A stretch of DNA of 64,000 bases from Chlamydiales bacterium (GTDB taxonomy: Bacteria; Chlamydiota; Chlamydiia; Chlamydiales; SM23-39): contig JANQFC010000065.1 of assembly GCA_028278035.1 (NCBI GenBank), positions 1,558 to 65,557 of the forward strand, in the 5' to 3' direction. Made by a program: the position numbers and the translations under genes. The notes beneath the pieces were generated by a model that was not told the origin of the DNA, did not search any database, and saw only the letters and a program-made list of their open reading frames with translations. Shown piece by piece: positions 54,972-64,000 of the stretch (its first letter is position 1; each line of letters begins with the position of its first letter).

Positions 54972-55568
54972 TTAATAATATAGCTTATGAAAATATATGT
55001 AGTCCAGCACTTCTTTTGGAGTTAAATGACAACAATATTTTTTATCCTGTATTCTCTGTCTTATTGCAGTAGAAGAGATTTCTAAAATTTTAGTTTTCAC
55101 AAATTGATGTTTTTTCAAAGAAAAATTTGAGCTCTCAAACTTATCAGTAAAATTTTTTCTTACCCCTACAATCAAAGGTGCTAATTCAAGTATTTTTTTG
55201 TAGTCTTTCCATAGATGGAATTTATGCAGCATATTCTCTGTTACAATTAAATGCAGATCAACATCTTCTTTTTTTATTTTTTCAAGCGTATCAATTGTAT
55301 AAGAAACATTTTTAAATTTAGTCTCTATGTCAATTATAGAAAATCCTTTTATTCCATGAATTGCTTTTTTTAACATGACAAGTCTGTCTTTAGCTGAAGC
55401 AATAGGCGGTTTTAACTCTTTAAAAGGAGATATATATGCGGGGCAAAAAACTATCTCATCTAAACCTAAATTTTCTTTTATTTCTATTGCTAAATTGATA
55501 TGCCCAAAATGAATAGGATCAAAGCTTCCACCTAAAAGACCGATTTTTTTTTTCATAGAATCTTCCAT
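54972..55568 (-). CDS. nadD: nicotinate-nucleotide adenylyltransferase
   Basis: GGSFDPIHFGH motif and ISSTAIR. The true start may be the ATG at 55556. Confidence 0.88.
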   Translation of the reverse strand: MEDSMKKKIGLLGGSFDPIHFGHINLAIEIKENLGLDEIVFCPAYISPFKELKPPIASAKDRLVMLKKAIHGIKGFSIIDIETKFKNVSYTIDTLEKIKKEDVDLHLIVTENMLHKFHLWKDYKKILELAPLIVGVRKNFTDKFESSNFSLKKHQFVKTKILEISSTAIRQRIQDKKYCCHLTPKEVLDYIYFHKLYY

Positions 55569-56191
55569 TTCTCCATTTTAGCTTTGTCAAGCAGTTTATC
55601 TTCTGGATTAACAGCTATTTTAATGCCGGCTATTTCAAATAAGGGCAAATCCCAAATGCTGTCAGAATATACAGTAACATCTTCTTTTTTCAAAGACAGC
55701 TCTTTTATTAACTGTTTTGCATATTTAGCCTTAGCATTTCCGTCCATAATGCTATCTATTTCAATGAGTCTATTTTCTTTATCTAATCTATAAGAGCTGG
55801 CTTTATACTTAACTTTTAAGATCTTGGCTATAGGCCTTACCAAAAACTCCGGTGAATTAGATAAAATATAGATTACATGTCCCTGACATATTGCTTTTTG
55901 ACATGCTTTTAAAGCTGGCATATAAAAAATACTGTCTAAATATTTTTCCAAGTACATATCTACATATTCTGAAATAATATTTAAATATCTTCCTTTTAAG
56001 AAATTATTAAAAACTATACTGTGCAAATCTTCCGGACTTAAATCCAAAAACTGATATTTAAAATAATGTTTGGACAATTTCAAAATGGAAGATTTGGGGA
56101 AAATTTTATGTTTATATAAAAAAATATAATAATGAAAACTAGAATTTAATCTAAGAAGCGTACTATCGAGATCAAATATACTTAAATGCAC
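55553..56191 (-). CDS. HAD-superfamily (subfamily IB-like) phosphatase
   Basis: DLDSTLL (DxDxT) motif I, SNSPEF (motif II), and a C-terminal DS..D. Confidence 0.7.
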   Translation of the reverse strand: MHLSIFDLDSTLLRLNSSFHYYIFLYKHKIFPKSSILKLSKHYFKYQFLDLSPEDLHSIVFNNFLKGRYLNIISEYVDMYLEKYLDSIFYMPALKACQKAICQGHVIYILSNSPEFLVRPIAKILKVKYKASSYRLDKENRLIEIDSIMDGNAKAKYAKQLIKELSLKKEDVTVYSDSIWDLPLFEIAGIKIAVNPEDKLLDKAKMEKWKIL

Positions 56192-56193
56192 GA

Positions 56194-57705
56194 TTAATTA
56201 TTTTCTATTTCTAAGATTTTTTCTTCAATTTGTTCAATTGAATCATTTACTTTTTCTAATCTATTTTTTTCCGCATCAATGATTTCTCTATAAACAATCG
56301 CTTGTTCGAAATCAAAGCCTGAACCACTAAGTTCTTTTTTATAATTTTCTAATTTTACTTTAATTAAAGTTCTTTTTTTCTTTTTATTTTCGAAAACAGA
56401 TTTCAAATCTTCTAGTTTTTCAACACCTGAATTTATGATAGATTCTTCTTGTTTGTCATCCATTAAATCCTCAACCAGACTCATCTGTTTTTCAAAAATA
56501 AGATTTTCTATTTTAGAAATATTTAATTTTTCTATTTCTTCTAATAAAGCTTCTTTTTCTTGAGCCAGCTCTTCAATAGAAAGTTCCCGGTTATTAGCTA
56601 ACTTTTCAGCAGCATCTTTTAGCTGTTGAACTTTTTCTTTTGCCTTAGCTTTTTCTTCATTAAACTTTTGGCGTTTTTCTTCTTTTTCCCTATTTTCTTC
56701 GGCAAACAAAGGCATTTTTGCTTCTTTAATTAAATATCTTATTTTACTGATATCATTTTTTTTCAAACCTAAATTATTAGCATAAGACAATATCTCCTTT
56801 TCTATTTTAGAAGCTTCACTTTTATCGATACTGCCTTTGCATTTTTCTTTAAATTCTTCTACTTTCTTTTCAATTAAATAAACATTCTGTCTGATAGCTT
56901 GCCTTTCTTTTTTGTAATTTTTTTCCGCTCCCTTTACTTTGTCCCAATATTCACTTAATTTAAGCCTGGTCTGGGTAAAACTGTCTGTATTTAATGTAAA
57001 TAATTTTGCCAGATTTTGCAGATTCTTAATCTCATCTCTTAACACATAATAAGGAGCTTTTGTAACATCAAAATCACCGGTAAATCTATCTATCGATTCT
57101 ACAAATTCTTCACTCATTTGCTTAATGTAATGTTTTCTTTTGGGAAAAACTATATCTCCTATTAAAGCAAGTCTTTTAAAAAACTTGTTTTTAGTTCCTA
57201 TTCTCATATTTGTTTTAATAATTTCCTTTCTCAAAGAATTTACTCTTACTGCAAAAGAATTCAAAATAGTTAATTCTTTTTGGGTATTGATATAAAAATT
57301 CTTTTTATCCAATAAAGCTTTAAAGTTTTCAGGAAACCTAATCTCACTTATCTGACTTAACATATTATCGTAATTTTCAATGTCCTGTTCTAAAGAAGTA
57401 ATAGCAATATCAATTTGTTCAACAGCAAACGATGTTTGCTCGTCCAAAATATCTCTTAATCCTTTAGCTTCTTGTGATAATTCAACATACTCCTGCCAAT
57501 ATTCATTTCTCAAATTCGTCGGAATATTTTCTTTAAAAAAATTAAGACAAAGGTTTTTAATTTCCCAAAAAAGTTTAAAATTAGGGTTTTCAGATGCAGC
57601 TATAGCTTCTTTCATTAAGACCAAAGAAACCCTAATCTTTTCTTCAAACAATTCCACTTCATTTATTTTATCTTGATGTGTACTTTTACTATCTTCATTT
57701 TCCAT
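56194..57705 (-). CDS. large coiled-coil protein, hypothetical
   Basis: 503 aa, Glu/Lys-rich, heptad-like throughout. Confidence 0.55.
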   Translation of the reverse strand: MENEDSKSTHQDKINEVELFEEKIRVSLVLMKEAIAASENPNFKLFWEIKNLCLNFFKENIPTNLRNEYWQEYVELSQEAKGLRDILDEQTSFAVEQIDIAITSLEQDIENYDNMLSQISEIRFPENFKALLDKKNFYINTQKELTILNSFAVRVNSLRKEIIKTNMRIGTKNKFFKRLALIGDIVFPKRKHYIKQMSEEFVESIDRFTGDFDVTKAPYYVLRDEIKNLQNLAKLFTLNTDSFTQTRLKLSEYWDKVKGAEKNYKKERQAIRQNVYLIEKKVEEFKEKCKGSIDKSEASKIEKEILSYANNLGLKKNDISKIRYLIKEAKMPLFAEENREKEEKRQKFNEEKAKAKEKVQQLKDAAEKLANNRELSIEELAQEKEALLEEIEKLNISKIENLIFEKQMSLVEDLMDDKQEESIINSGVEKLEDLKSVFENKKKKRTLIKVKLENYKKELSGSGFDFEQAIVYREIIDAEKNRLEKVNDSIEQIEEKILEIENN

Positions 57706-57898
57706 AAAACCCTAAACCTTGTAAGAAATAAACAGATTTTGAAATGCATGCTAAAAATTCTACATAAAACCTATCTTTAGTGCAAAATTTTTTTCTTTTT
57801 AACATGCGCTTGATTGTAAATTAGTTTCTAATTATGAATTTTAAAAGTATATTATGGAAAAAGCAAGAAAAATTTAGTACTTATTATTAAAAAAAGTA

Positions 57899-58918
57899 TT
57901 AATCATTTTGTTCATAATCTTGAAGAATGTACTCTTTTGCTTTTTCTATAGAAATTTTAGATAAGTCAAGCCATCTGAAATTAGGCTCTTTTTTAAACCA
58001 CGCGAACTGTCTTTTTACATATCTTTTAGAAGCTTGTTTAAATTCATTTATAAAAGCTATCTCATCTTCTTTTGTCTGCCCGGTATTGAGATAGTTCAAT
58101 GTTTGTCTATATCCAATAGCCTGAGATGCCGAGTAGTTATCCAAAAGGCCTTCTACTTTTAATTTTTTCACTTCTTCTATAAGACCACTTTTCAACATCT
58201 CATCACAGCGCTTATCAATTTTCGCATAAAGCACTTCTTTAGGATAGTGCAAAAACCACAGCCTAAAATTATACATGTCGCTTTCTATCACTTTCGGTTT
58301 TGGTATTTCACTTACCTTCTTTTTCGTAAGCGTTATTATTTCCAGCGCCCTTACAATCTTATGTCTATCATTAGCAGTAATGGTTGTAGCATACTCAGGA
58401 TCCAGCATTTCCAATTTTTCATATAAGGCCTCAGGCCCCATCAAATCCATTTGTTTTTCAATTGTTTTTCTAATGTTTGGATTAGAAGGCGGTCCTAGTG
58501 GCGGCCCATATAAAAAAGCATGAATATAAAAACCAGAACCTCCAACTACAATAGGTACTTTCCCATTTGTAAATATCTGCCTGCAGGCCTTATGGGCCTC
58601 TCTAAAATACTCTGATACATTGAAATTGTCTTTGATATTTCTAATATCAATTAAATGATGGGGAATCTGTTTTCTCTGTTCAACACTTGCTTTAGCAGTT
58701 CCTATGTCCATATTCTTGTATATTTGCATAGAATCTGCAGATACTATCTCTCCAGCCAAGATCTTAGCAATATCAATAGACAAATCCGTTTTACCGACAG
58801 CTGTGGGTCCTGCTATCACAATAATTTTTTTTCTTTTATTAGCTTGAGGGATTTTTTTCCTAAGCGGCAGGTACAAATCTACCAAATCCTCAATGTGTTT
58901 TGCTTTATATATACTCAC
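57899..58918 (-). CDS. miaA: tRNA dimethylallyltransferase
   Basis: GPTAVGKT P-loop, SADSMQIYK, and GGSGFY. Confidence 0.93.
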   Translation of the reverse strand: MSIYKAKHIEDLVDLYLPLRKKIPQANKRKKIIVIAGPTAVGKTDLSIDIAKILAGEIVSADSMQIYKNMDIGTAKASVEQRKQIPHHLIDIRNIKDNFNVSEYFREAHKACRQIFTNGKVPIVVGGSGFYIHAFLYGPPLGPPSNPNIRKTIEKQMDLMGPEALYEKLEMLDPEYATTITANDRHKIVRALEIITLTKKKVSEIPKPKVIESDMYNFRLWFLHYPKEVLYAKIDKRCDEMLKSGLIEEVKKLKVEGLLDNYSASQAIGYRQTLNYLNTGQTKEDEIAFINEFKQASKRYVKRQFAWFKKEPNFRWLDLSKISIEKAKEYILQDYEQND

Positions 58919-59265
58919 AAAGGCTTCTCTAACAGCGCTTCTTTTTCTTTATTATAAATGTTTAAAATCTTTTCAAAACCTGTCATTTTTATAATTTGCA
59001 TAACCTCTTCAGATATTGCAAAAATGCCAAGCCTACCGTTTTGTTCATTAAATTTTTTGGTAGAAGATAGTAAAACCCTCAAACCTGCACTGCTCAAATA
59101 ATCTATATTAGAAAAATCCAAAAATACATTTTTATGATTTTCCTGCAGCAAAACATCTATTTTATTTTGCAGAATCGAGCATGAAGAAGCATCAAGCCTA
59201 CCTATTAATCTTAAAATTATTCTTCCGTTTATTTCTTCAATATTAATTTCCAAACCTAAAACCAC
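58915..59265 (-). CDS. STAS-domain anti-sigma-factor antagonist (RsbV/SpoIIAA-like)
   Basis: DYLSSAGLRVLL phospho-Ser motif. 116 aa, with a GTG start. Confidence 0.8.
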   Translation of the reverse strand: MVLGLEINIEEINGRIILRLIGRLDASSCSILQNKIDVLLQENHKNVFLDFSNIDYLSSAGLRVLLSSTKKFNEQNGRLGIFAISEEVMQIIKMTGFEKILNIYNKEKEALLEKPL

Positions 59266-59425
59266 AATTACACCGTTTTTTATTAAATAATTTACAATAA
59301 TATTATTTTTTTAAATACCAAAAAATAAAATCATAATAACTTTCATAGATAATCTTTTATAAAAAAAATATTTTACATTATCTCAAACATTCATATATAT
59401 TGAATTTTATGGGGGGTAGTAGATA

Positions 59426-60007
59426 ATGCAGGATAGAAATATTAATGAATCAATATATTCATTTTCTAATAATGAAATTATTAATATTTCAGAAAGATTT
59501 TATTTAATGATCATTGAATCCAATTTTCTGCATGATTTGAAAAAATACAGTAAAGTATTTAATTATTTAAGCCTATTTATCAAATTAGCTAAATCAAATG
59601 TACTTTCAACAGAACAAGAAAAAAAAATTACAACGAGATTAAATCTTATAAAAGAAAAATATAAATCCAAAGGTCTTAAACTAGAAGTATTAGAAGATAA
59701 ACTAAAAAATGCTTTAAAATATCTAAAAAATACCAATGCCCATATAGCAATTATCTGTTCACTAATAGATATAGAAAATATTTATCAATCTAATAAAAAA
59801 AACAACCATCATGAAATAGTAAAGCCTCATTTACTGGAAATAGAAGAAAAAATGAAAAAACCTAACTTTTCGTACAGGTACTTAGATAATTTATTAAAAG
59901 AATTAGAATACATTAAAAAACTCATTACTCAAAAAAATATTTCTATACAGATATTAATAGATAATTTAACAAATATAAAAACAAAATTCTTTACTTTTCA
60001 TCAATAA
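59426..60007 (+). CDS. hypothetical protein
   Basis: 193-aa ORF with a GGGGGG/GGTAG SD-like sequence upstream. No motif was recognised. Confidence 0.45.
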   Translation: MQDRNINESIYSFSNNEIINISERFYLMIIESNFLHDLKKYSKVFNYLSLFIKLAKSNVLSTEQEKKITTRLNLIKEKYKSKGLKLEVLEDKLKNALKYLKNTNAHIAIICSLIDIENIYQSNKKNNHHEIVKPHLLEIEEKMKKPNFSYRYLDNLLKELEYIKKLITQKNISIQILIDNLTNIKTKFFTFHQ

Positions 60008-60881
60008 AAGCAAGCTTGGAAATTCTAAGGTCTATAACTTTGGTATCAAATACAATATTATTTTCAACATCTTTAATGCTTTCTATCTGTGTAAGATAGT
60101 CTTTCTGCATCTTGTCTCTCAAAGACAAATAGTTGCTGAGCTGATCCATATAATTTTTAATACCTAATCTTAAAATTCTTGGGAAAATACATAAAACCTG
60201 CTTTTGATTTTTATCTACCAACAGCTCTTCTTCGATGGTCAATATTATTTCTTTTTTTCCATAACTGTATAAAAAAGCTCTGGAAATATCAATATTTTTT
60301 AAATTAACCAAATCTGAAAAACCGCTCGTTTTAAAAATATTGATAATATCTATAGCTAAATACAATCCTTGATTTTCAATAGGTTTATTAAAAAAAGACT
60401 CATCCATTTCCTCTAAATTCAAAAATATCTCAGGTAGATTTTCACAAGATAAAAAAGGTTGCACAGGAAAAATAAACCCTTCGTTATCTACCGCTAGATT
60501 CTCAAAATCATATATTAAAGCTAAAGGCTTTCTAATTTCATAATCTATATAAAGAGTAGATGGTTTAATCTTTTTAACAGTAGCGGTTTTAATAATAGGA
60601 CAATTTAATAATTTTTCTTCCGCCTTTTCGCAGTCAAAAGAAAATAAATTATGAGGTTTATCAACAGATAAATCCAAAATTTCTATTAAAGTCTCCGTTT
60701 TCAACTGTTCTTTTTCCGGTCCTGTTTGCACTACCATACTAATATTGAATTTTTCATTATTAATTCTATTTTTTTTCCATTTTTTAAAATGGGTATATCC
60801 ATAATAGTTCATTCCAGAAAAAATCATTGTAGATGAGATGATCCAAAATATAGCATGGGACAATTTTAATTTCTTTTTCAT
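59991..60881 (-). CDS. ftsQ: FtsQ-like cell-division protein (N-terminal TM + POTRA-like domain)
   Basis: It sits directly downstream of murC-ddl, with a single N-terminal TM segment and a beta-rich periplasmic part. Confidence 0.55.
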   Translation of the reverse strand: MKKKLKLSHAIFWIISSTMIFSGMNYYGYTHFKKWKKNRINNEKFNISMVVQTGPEKEQLKTETLIEILDLSVDKPHNLFSFDCEKAEEKLLNCPIIKTATVKKIKPSTLYIDYEIRKPLALIYDFENLAVDNEGFIFPVQPFLSCENLPEIFLNLEEMDESFFNKPIENQGLYLAIDIINIFKTSGFSDLVNLKNIDISRAFLYSYGKKEIILTIEEELLVDKNQKQVLCIFPRILRLGIKNYMDQLSNYLSLRDKMQKDYLTQIESIKDVENNIVFDTKVIDLRISKLAFIDEK

Positions 60882-63253
60882 GTACTTTTTTCTAGTTTTT
60901 TTATTTTTCTCTTTTTATGATTTGCAGATATCAAAAACAAATCTACAATTTCAGCTTTAGTATACCCTTGTTTTTCAATCATTTTAATAAACAGGCTGTT
61001 AGCTGATGAAAATCCAGGAATTGGATTTATTTCATTGAAATAAATTTTGTTATTTTTATCTATAAAAAAATCAATTCTTGCAAATCCGTTTAACGAACAG
61101 GCCTTATAAAGAATCTTAGAATACCTAATTATCTTCCCGTGCATATCGTCAGATATTTCAGCAGGTACTTGTGAAGTCACATTTGATTTAAGATATTTTT
61201 TTTCATAATCAAAAAAGTCTCCCTTTGTAAAAACTTTTCCTATCAGTCCAATTTTTATAATATCACTTCCAAAAACAGCTGTTTGAAGTTCATTTGGATA
61301 AATATTTTTTTCACAAATAATTTTATTGTCATATTGAAAACAATAGTCAATACTGTGCGTCAGCTCTTTTTTGTCTTTAGCAAATTTAATAGCAATAGAA
61401 GAACCTAAATGAGCAGGTTTTATACATATAGGAAACTCTATTTTTTTTATAATATTATCAATAAAAACTTCTTTATTATTTTGATATTCATAAACATCCA
61501 ATTCTACAAAATCAATAATTGGAATTTCATGGTATTTGGCAATTTTTTTAGTAACAATTTTATCCATTGAAATGGAAGAGCCGAAAAAATCCGATCCAAT
61601 ATAAGAAACATTTAAAGTATCTAAAAAACCTTGAACAGATCCGTCTTCTCCAAAAGGACCGTGAAAAATAGGAAAGACAAAATCACATTTTTTTAGCTTC
61701 AGGATAAAATGGTCCGTTTTTATTTTGCCATTATCTGAGTCTATCAAATCCTCGTTCCCGTAAAGCCATCTGCCGTCTTTTGTAATTTTAAAAAACTCCA
61801 ACTTAAAAATATCTCTATCAAATAAAGTAATATAATTCCTGCAAGACCTAATAGATATCTCATGCTCATTTGATCTGCCTCCAAACATAATGGCTATTTT
61901 AATTTTTTCTTTTTCTGCAGCAAATCTATCAGCTATTTTTCTTATTCTATTAGAAATATCTCCAGCTCCCAAGGCAATAACAACATCATATGGCTGTATA
62001 TTGTTAATAACATAATCTTCTAAATTTTCATTTTTTACATATTTGACATTTAAATGTTGTATAATCTCTACAATTTTATCTGCACTAATTCCTTTTACAG
62101 GCTGTTCTCCGGATGAATAAATATCAGTCACTATTACTTCGTCTGCTTGTTCAAAACAATTTTTCAGATCATAGATAACATCTTTCATTCTAGAATATCT
62201 ATGCGGCTGAAAAACAGCTGTTATCTTTTTTTCCTCTACAGCTTTTCTTAACGATGCAAGACATGCCTTTATCTCGGTTGGATGATGAGCATAGTCATCA
62301 ATAAAAAGTGTTTTTCTATGCTCCAAGATCTGTTCCAATCTTCTTTTGACTCCTGAAAATTTAAAAAAAGACCGTCTTATCACCTGTTCGTCAATATTCA
62401 AATTAAGACAAAGGCCAAACACAGCAGAAGCATTTAAAACATTGTGATTACCAACTAAATTCAAACAAATATCTTTGTATTCTTTTTTTTCAAAATGAAT
62501 ATCAAAATATGTTTTAAATCCCCTAATTTTTATATTAGAACATCTAAGGTCAGCTTTTTTTGAAAATCCATAAGAAATCCCTTTAGGATTTATTTTGTTT
62601 AAATTTTCATCGTCTCTGCACCAAAAAATATGCCTTTTGGACTCAGCCTTTTTAAAAAAAGAAACAAAAGCATTTTCTAATGCGCTATAATCTTTCCAAT
62701 AAGACATATGCTCTTCTTCTAAATTCGTAACAATCGCTCCATAAGAATTAGACTTAATAAATGACCCGTCACTTTCATCTGCTTCAACAACAAAATAATT
62801 GCCGCTACCCAAATATCCGTTAGTATTCAAAGAATTCAATATTCCTCCTATTACAAAAGAAGGATCTTTTTTAGCTTCTAATAAAACACTTGAAAGCAAA
62901 GCTGTGGTTGTTGTTTTACCGTGAGTTCCTGCAACTAACAAAGGGTCATGTCCTTGAACTAGCTGATCCAAAAGTTCTGATCTATGAATGGCCTTTAGAT
63001 TATATTTTTGAGCCTGCAAAAATTCTTCATTATTTTTTTTATCAATAGCAGTGGAATAAACAACAATATCATCTTTTTCGACGTTTTCTTTTTTATGTCC
63101 GATCCGAATTTTCGCACCTTTTTCTTTTAACCTTTTTAATGCATCATTAGTTTGAACATCACTTCCTTTTACTTTTTGTTTTTTTTTCAAAACAATCTCG
63201 GCAAGAGCGCTCATTCCTATACCACCGAGACCTATAAAATGATATTTATTCAT
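60878..63253 (-). CDS. murC-ddl: fused UDP-N-acetylmuramate--L-alanine ligase / D-alanine--D-alanine ligase
   Basis: The N-terminal MurC half has GIGGIGMSALA and GTHGKTTT. The C-terminal ATP-grasp Ddl half has FGGRSNEHEIS ... FNEINPIPG. This fusion is characteristic of Chlamydiae. Confidence 0.93.
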   Translation of the reverse strand: MNKYHFIGLGGIGMSALAEIVLKKKQKVKGSDVQTNDALKRLKEKGAKIRIGHKKENVEKDDIVVYSTAIDKKNNEEFLQAQKYNLKAIHRSELLDQLVQGHDPLLVAGTHGKTTTTALLSSVLLEAKKDPSFVIGGILNSLNTNGYLGSGNYFVVEADESDGSFIKSNSYGAIVTNLEEEHMSYWKDYSALENAFVSFFKKAESKRHIFWCRDDENLNKINPKGISYGFSKKADLRCSNIKIRGFKTYFDIHFEKKEYKDICLNLVGNHNVLNASAVFGLCLNLNIDEQVIRRSFFKFSGVKRRLEQILEHRKTLFIDDYAHHPTEIKACLASLRKAVEEKKITAVFQPHRYSRMKDVIYDLKNCFEQADEVIVTDIYSSGEQPVKGISADKIVEIIQHLNVKYVKNENLEDYVINNIQPYDVVIALGAGDISNRIRKIADRFAAEKEKIKIAIMFGGRSNEHEISIRSCRNYITLFDRDIFKLEFFKITKDGRWLYGNEDLIDSDNGKIKTDHFILKLKKCDFVFPIFHGPFGEDGSVQGFLDTLNVSYIGSDFFGSSISMDKIVTKKIAKYHEIPIIDFVELDVYEYQNNKEVFIDNIIKKIEFPICIKPAHLGSSIAIKFAKDKKELTHSIDYCFQYDNKIICEKNIYPNELQTAVFGSDIIKIGLIGKVFTKGDFFDYEKKYLKSNVTSQVPAEISDDMHGKIIRYSKILYKACSLNGFARIDFFIDKNNKIYFNEINPIPGFSSANSLFIKMIEKQGYTKAEIVDLFLISANHKKRKIKKLEKST

Positions 63254-64000
63254 ATTGGTTTCCTACTTCCAAAACTAAATCACATAATTCTTTCTTATTT
63301 TGATTTTTTTCTAAAGATTTAAATTTTTGGATATTAGATTTTAATTGAATCATTTGATTCTTATTTTTTAAAACCTTGTCCAACACTTGAAATAAACCAC
63401 CTGTTTTTAATTCATTTTCCTCTAATACATACGATCCTTTAACTGTCTCTTTCATAAAAACAGCATTTTTCAGCTGATGATCGTTTTTAGCCTGTTCAAA
63501 AGGAATTACAATTGAGGGAACTTCAAAATGGATCATTTCTGCAATTGAGCAGGCTCCCGCTCTTGAAATTACAAGATCTGCATTCATATAAAGCTGATGC
63601 ATATCCTTTTCAAAAAAAGAAACATACGCTGCAATATTTTTCTCTTTATAAAATTTTTTAAAAAAATTGATATTTTGATCCCTTCCTATTAAATGAATAA
63701 CCTGAAAACTGACATTTTCTAATCTCTCGATACTTTTTAAAAAATGATCATTTATAACTTTAGCTCCCTGAGATCCACCGAATATTAAAATCGTAAAAAG
63801 ATTTTCTTTAAAAAAAGAAATATAACTTACCTTTTTGTCTTCAACCCAAGGAAGTCTTTTAACATATGCTATATTACCATATTTTTTTTCTAGTACAGGA
63901 AACTGCACGGCTACTTTTTTAGACACTTTAGCAAAAATCTTGTTTACCAAACCTAGGCTGCTGTTAGAATCAAATAAAACAATTTTTTTTCTTAAAAAAT
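63246..64000 (-). CDS. murG: MurG glycosyltransferase, C-terminal ~250 aa (gene continues beyond the window)
   Basis: FGGSQGA motif and the C-terminal EQ/NDHQ..NA region. The frame stays open upstream of the track's TTG to the window edge (..DSNSSLGLVNKIFAK). Confidence 0.85.
   Translation of the reverse strand, partial: FLRKKIVLFDSNSSLGLVNKIFAKVSKKVAVQFPVLEKKYGNIAYVKRLPWVEDKKVSYISFFKENLFTILIFGGSQGAKVINDHFLKSIERLENVSFQVIHLIGRDQNINFFKKFYKEKNIAAYVSFFEKDMHQLYMNADLVISRAGACSIAEMIHFEVPSIVIPFEQAKNDHQLKNAVFMKETVKGSYVLEENELKTGGLFQVLDKVLKNKNQMIQLKSNIQKFKSLEKNQNKKELCDLVLEVGNQYE

Overview
This is an AT-rich bacterial chromosome segment. Its gene content and gene fusions point to a chlamydia-like organism (phylum Chlamydiae); this is an inference from sequence, with no database search run. 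Supporting features are a eukaryote-type IleRS, a fused MurC-Ddl, a fused AroD-AroE inside an aroA-aroK-aroC-aroB-aroDE operon, an RsbV-type STAS protein, Inc-like bilobed membrane proteins, and the htrA/M16-peptidase pairing.

Most of the window (about 20-64 kb) is ordinary housekeeping: phoH2, rmuC, pssA, an M16 peptidase, htrA, an M50 protease, ftsY, priA, the aro operon, lysS, cysS, an aas-like fusion, bioY, fabF, rsfS, nadD, miaA, ftsQ-like, murC-ddl and murG.

The first 20 kb is accessory and holds the interesting material.

1. Directly 3' of the tmRNA gene (ssrA, 3460-3829), about 8.2 kb is cut into eight or nine modules of one or two genes. The dividers are nine direct copies of a ~25-38 nt element whose right half is identical to the ssrA 3' terminus. 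No integrase lies anywhere in the window. The cargo is defence/TA-like and nucleotide-metabolism-like: a COG1373 ATPase, a wHTH+nucleotidyltransferase pair with a perfect palindromic operator, a truncated DinD-like gene, a DUF6602-like PD-(D/E)xK protein, a NYN protein, a divergent class II RNR-like protein, and a NUDIX hydrolase.

2. A two-gene RiPP-like locus sits at 18375-20066. A small precursor ORF has a C-terminus made of a perfect 39-bp tandem repeat encoding CYVECGPTPPITP, and the second copy carries TGA in place of TGT. A radical-SAM/SPASM enzyme gene follows it.

3. A promoter, an SD and a 24-codon ORF containing HHHHHTH lie upstream of a polar amino-acid ABC transporter operon. This is a candidate His-sensing leader.

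The accessory region also contains decayed genes: a class D beta-lactamase fragment, a histidine-kinase remnant, and a dinD fragment. No rRNA, tRNA or CRISPR array was seen.
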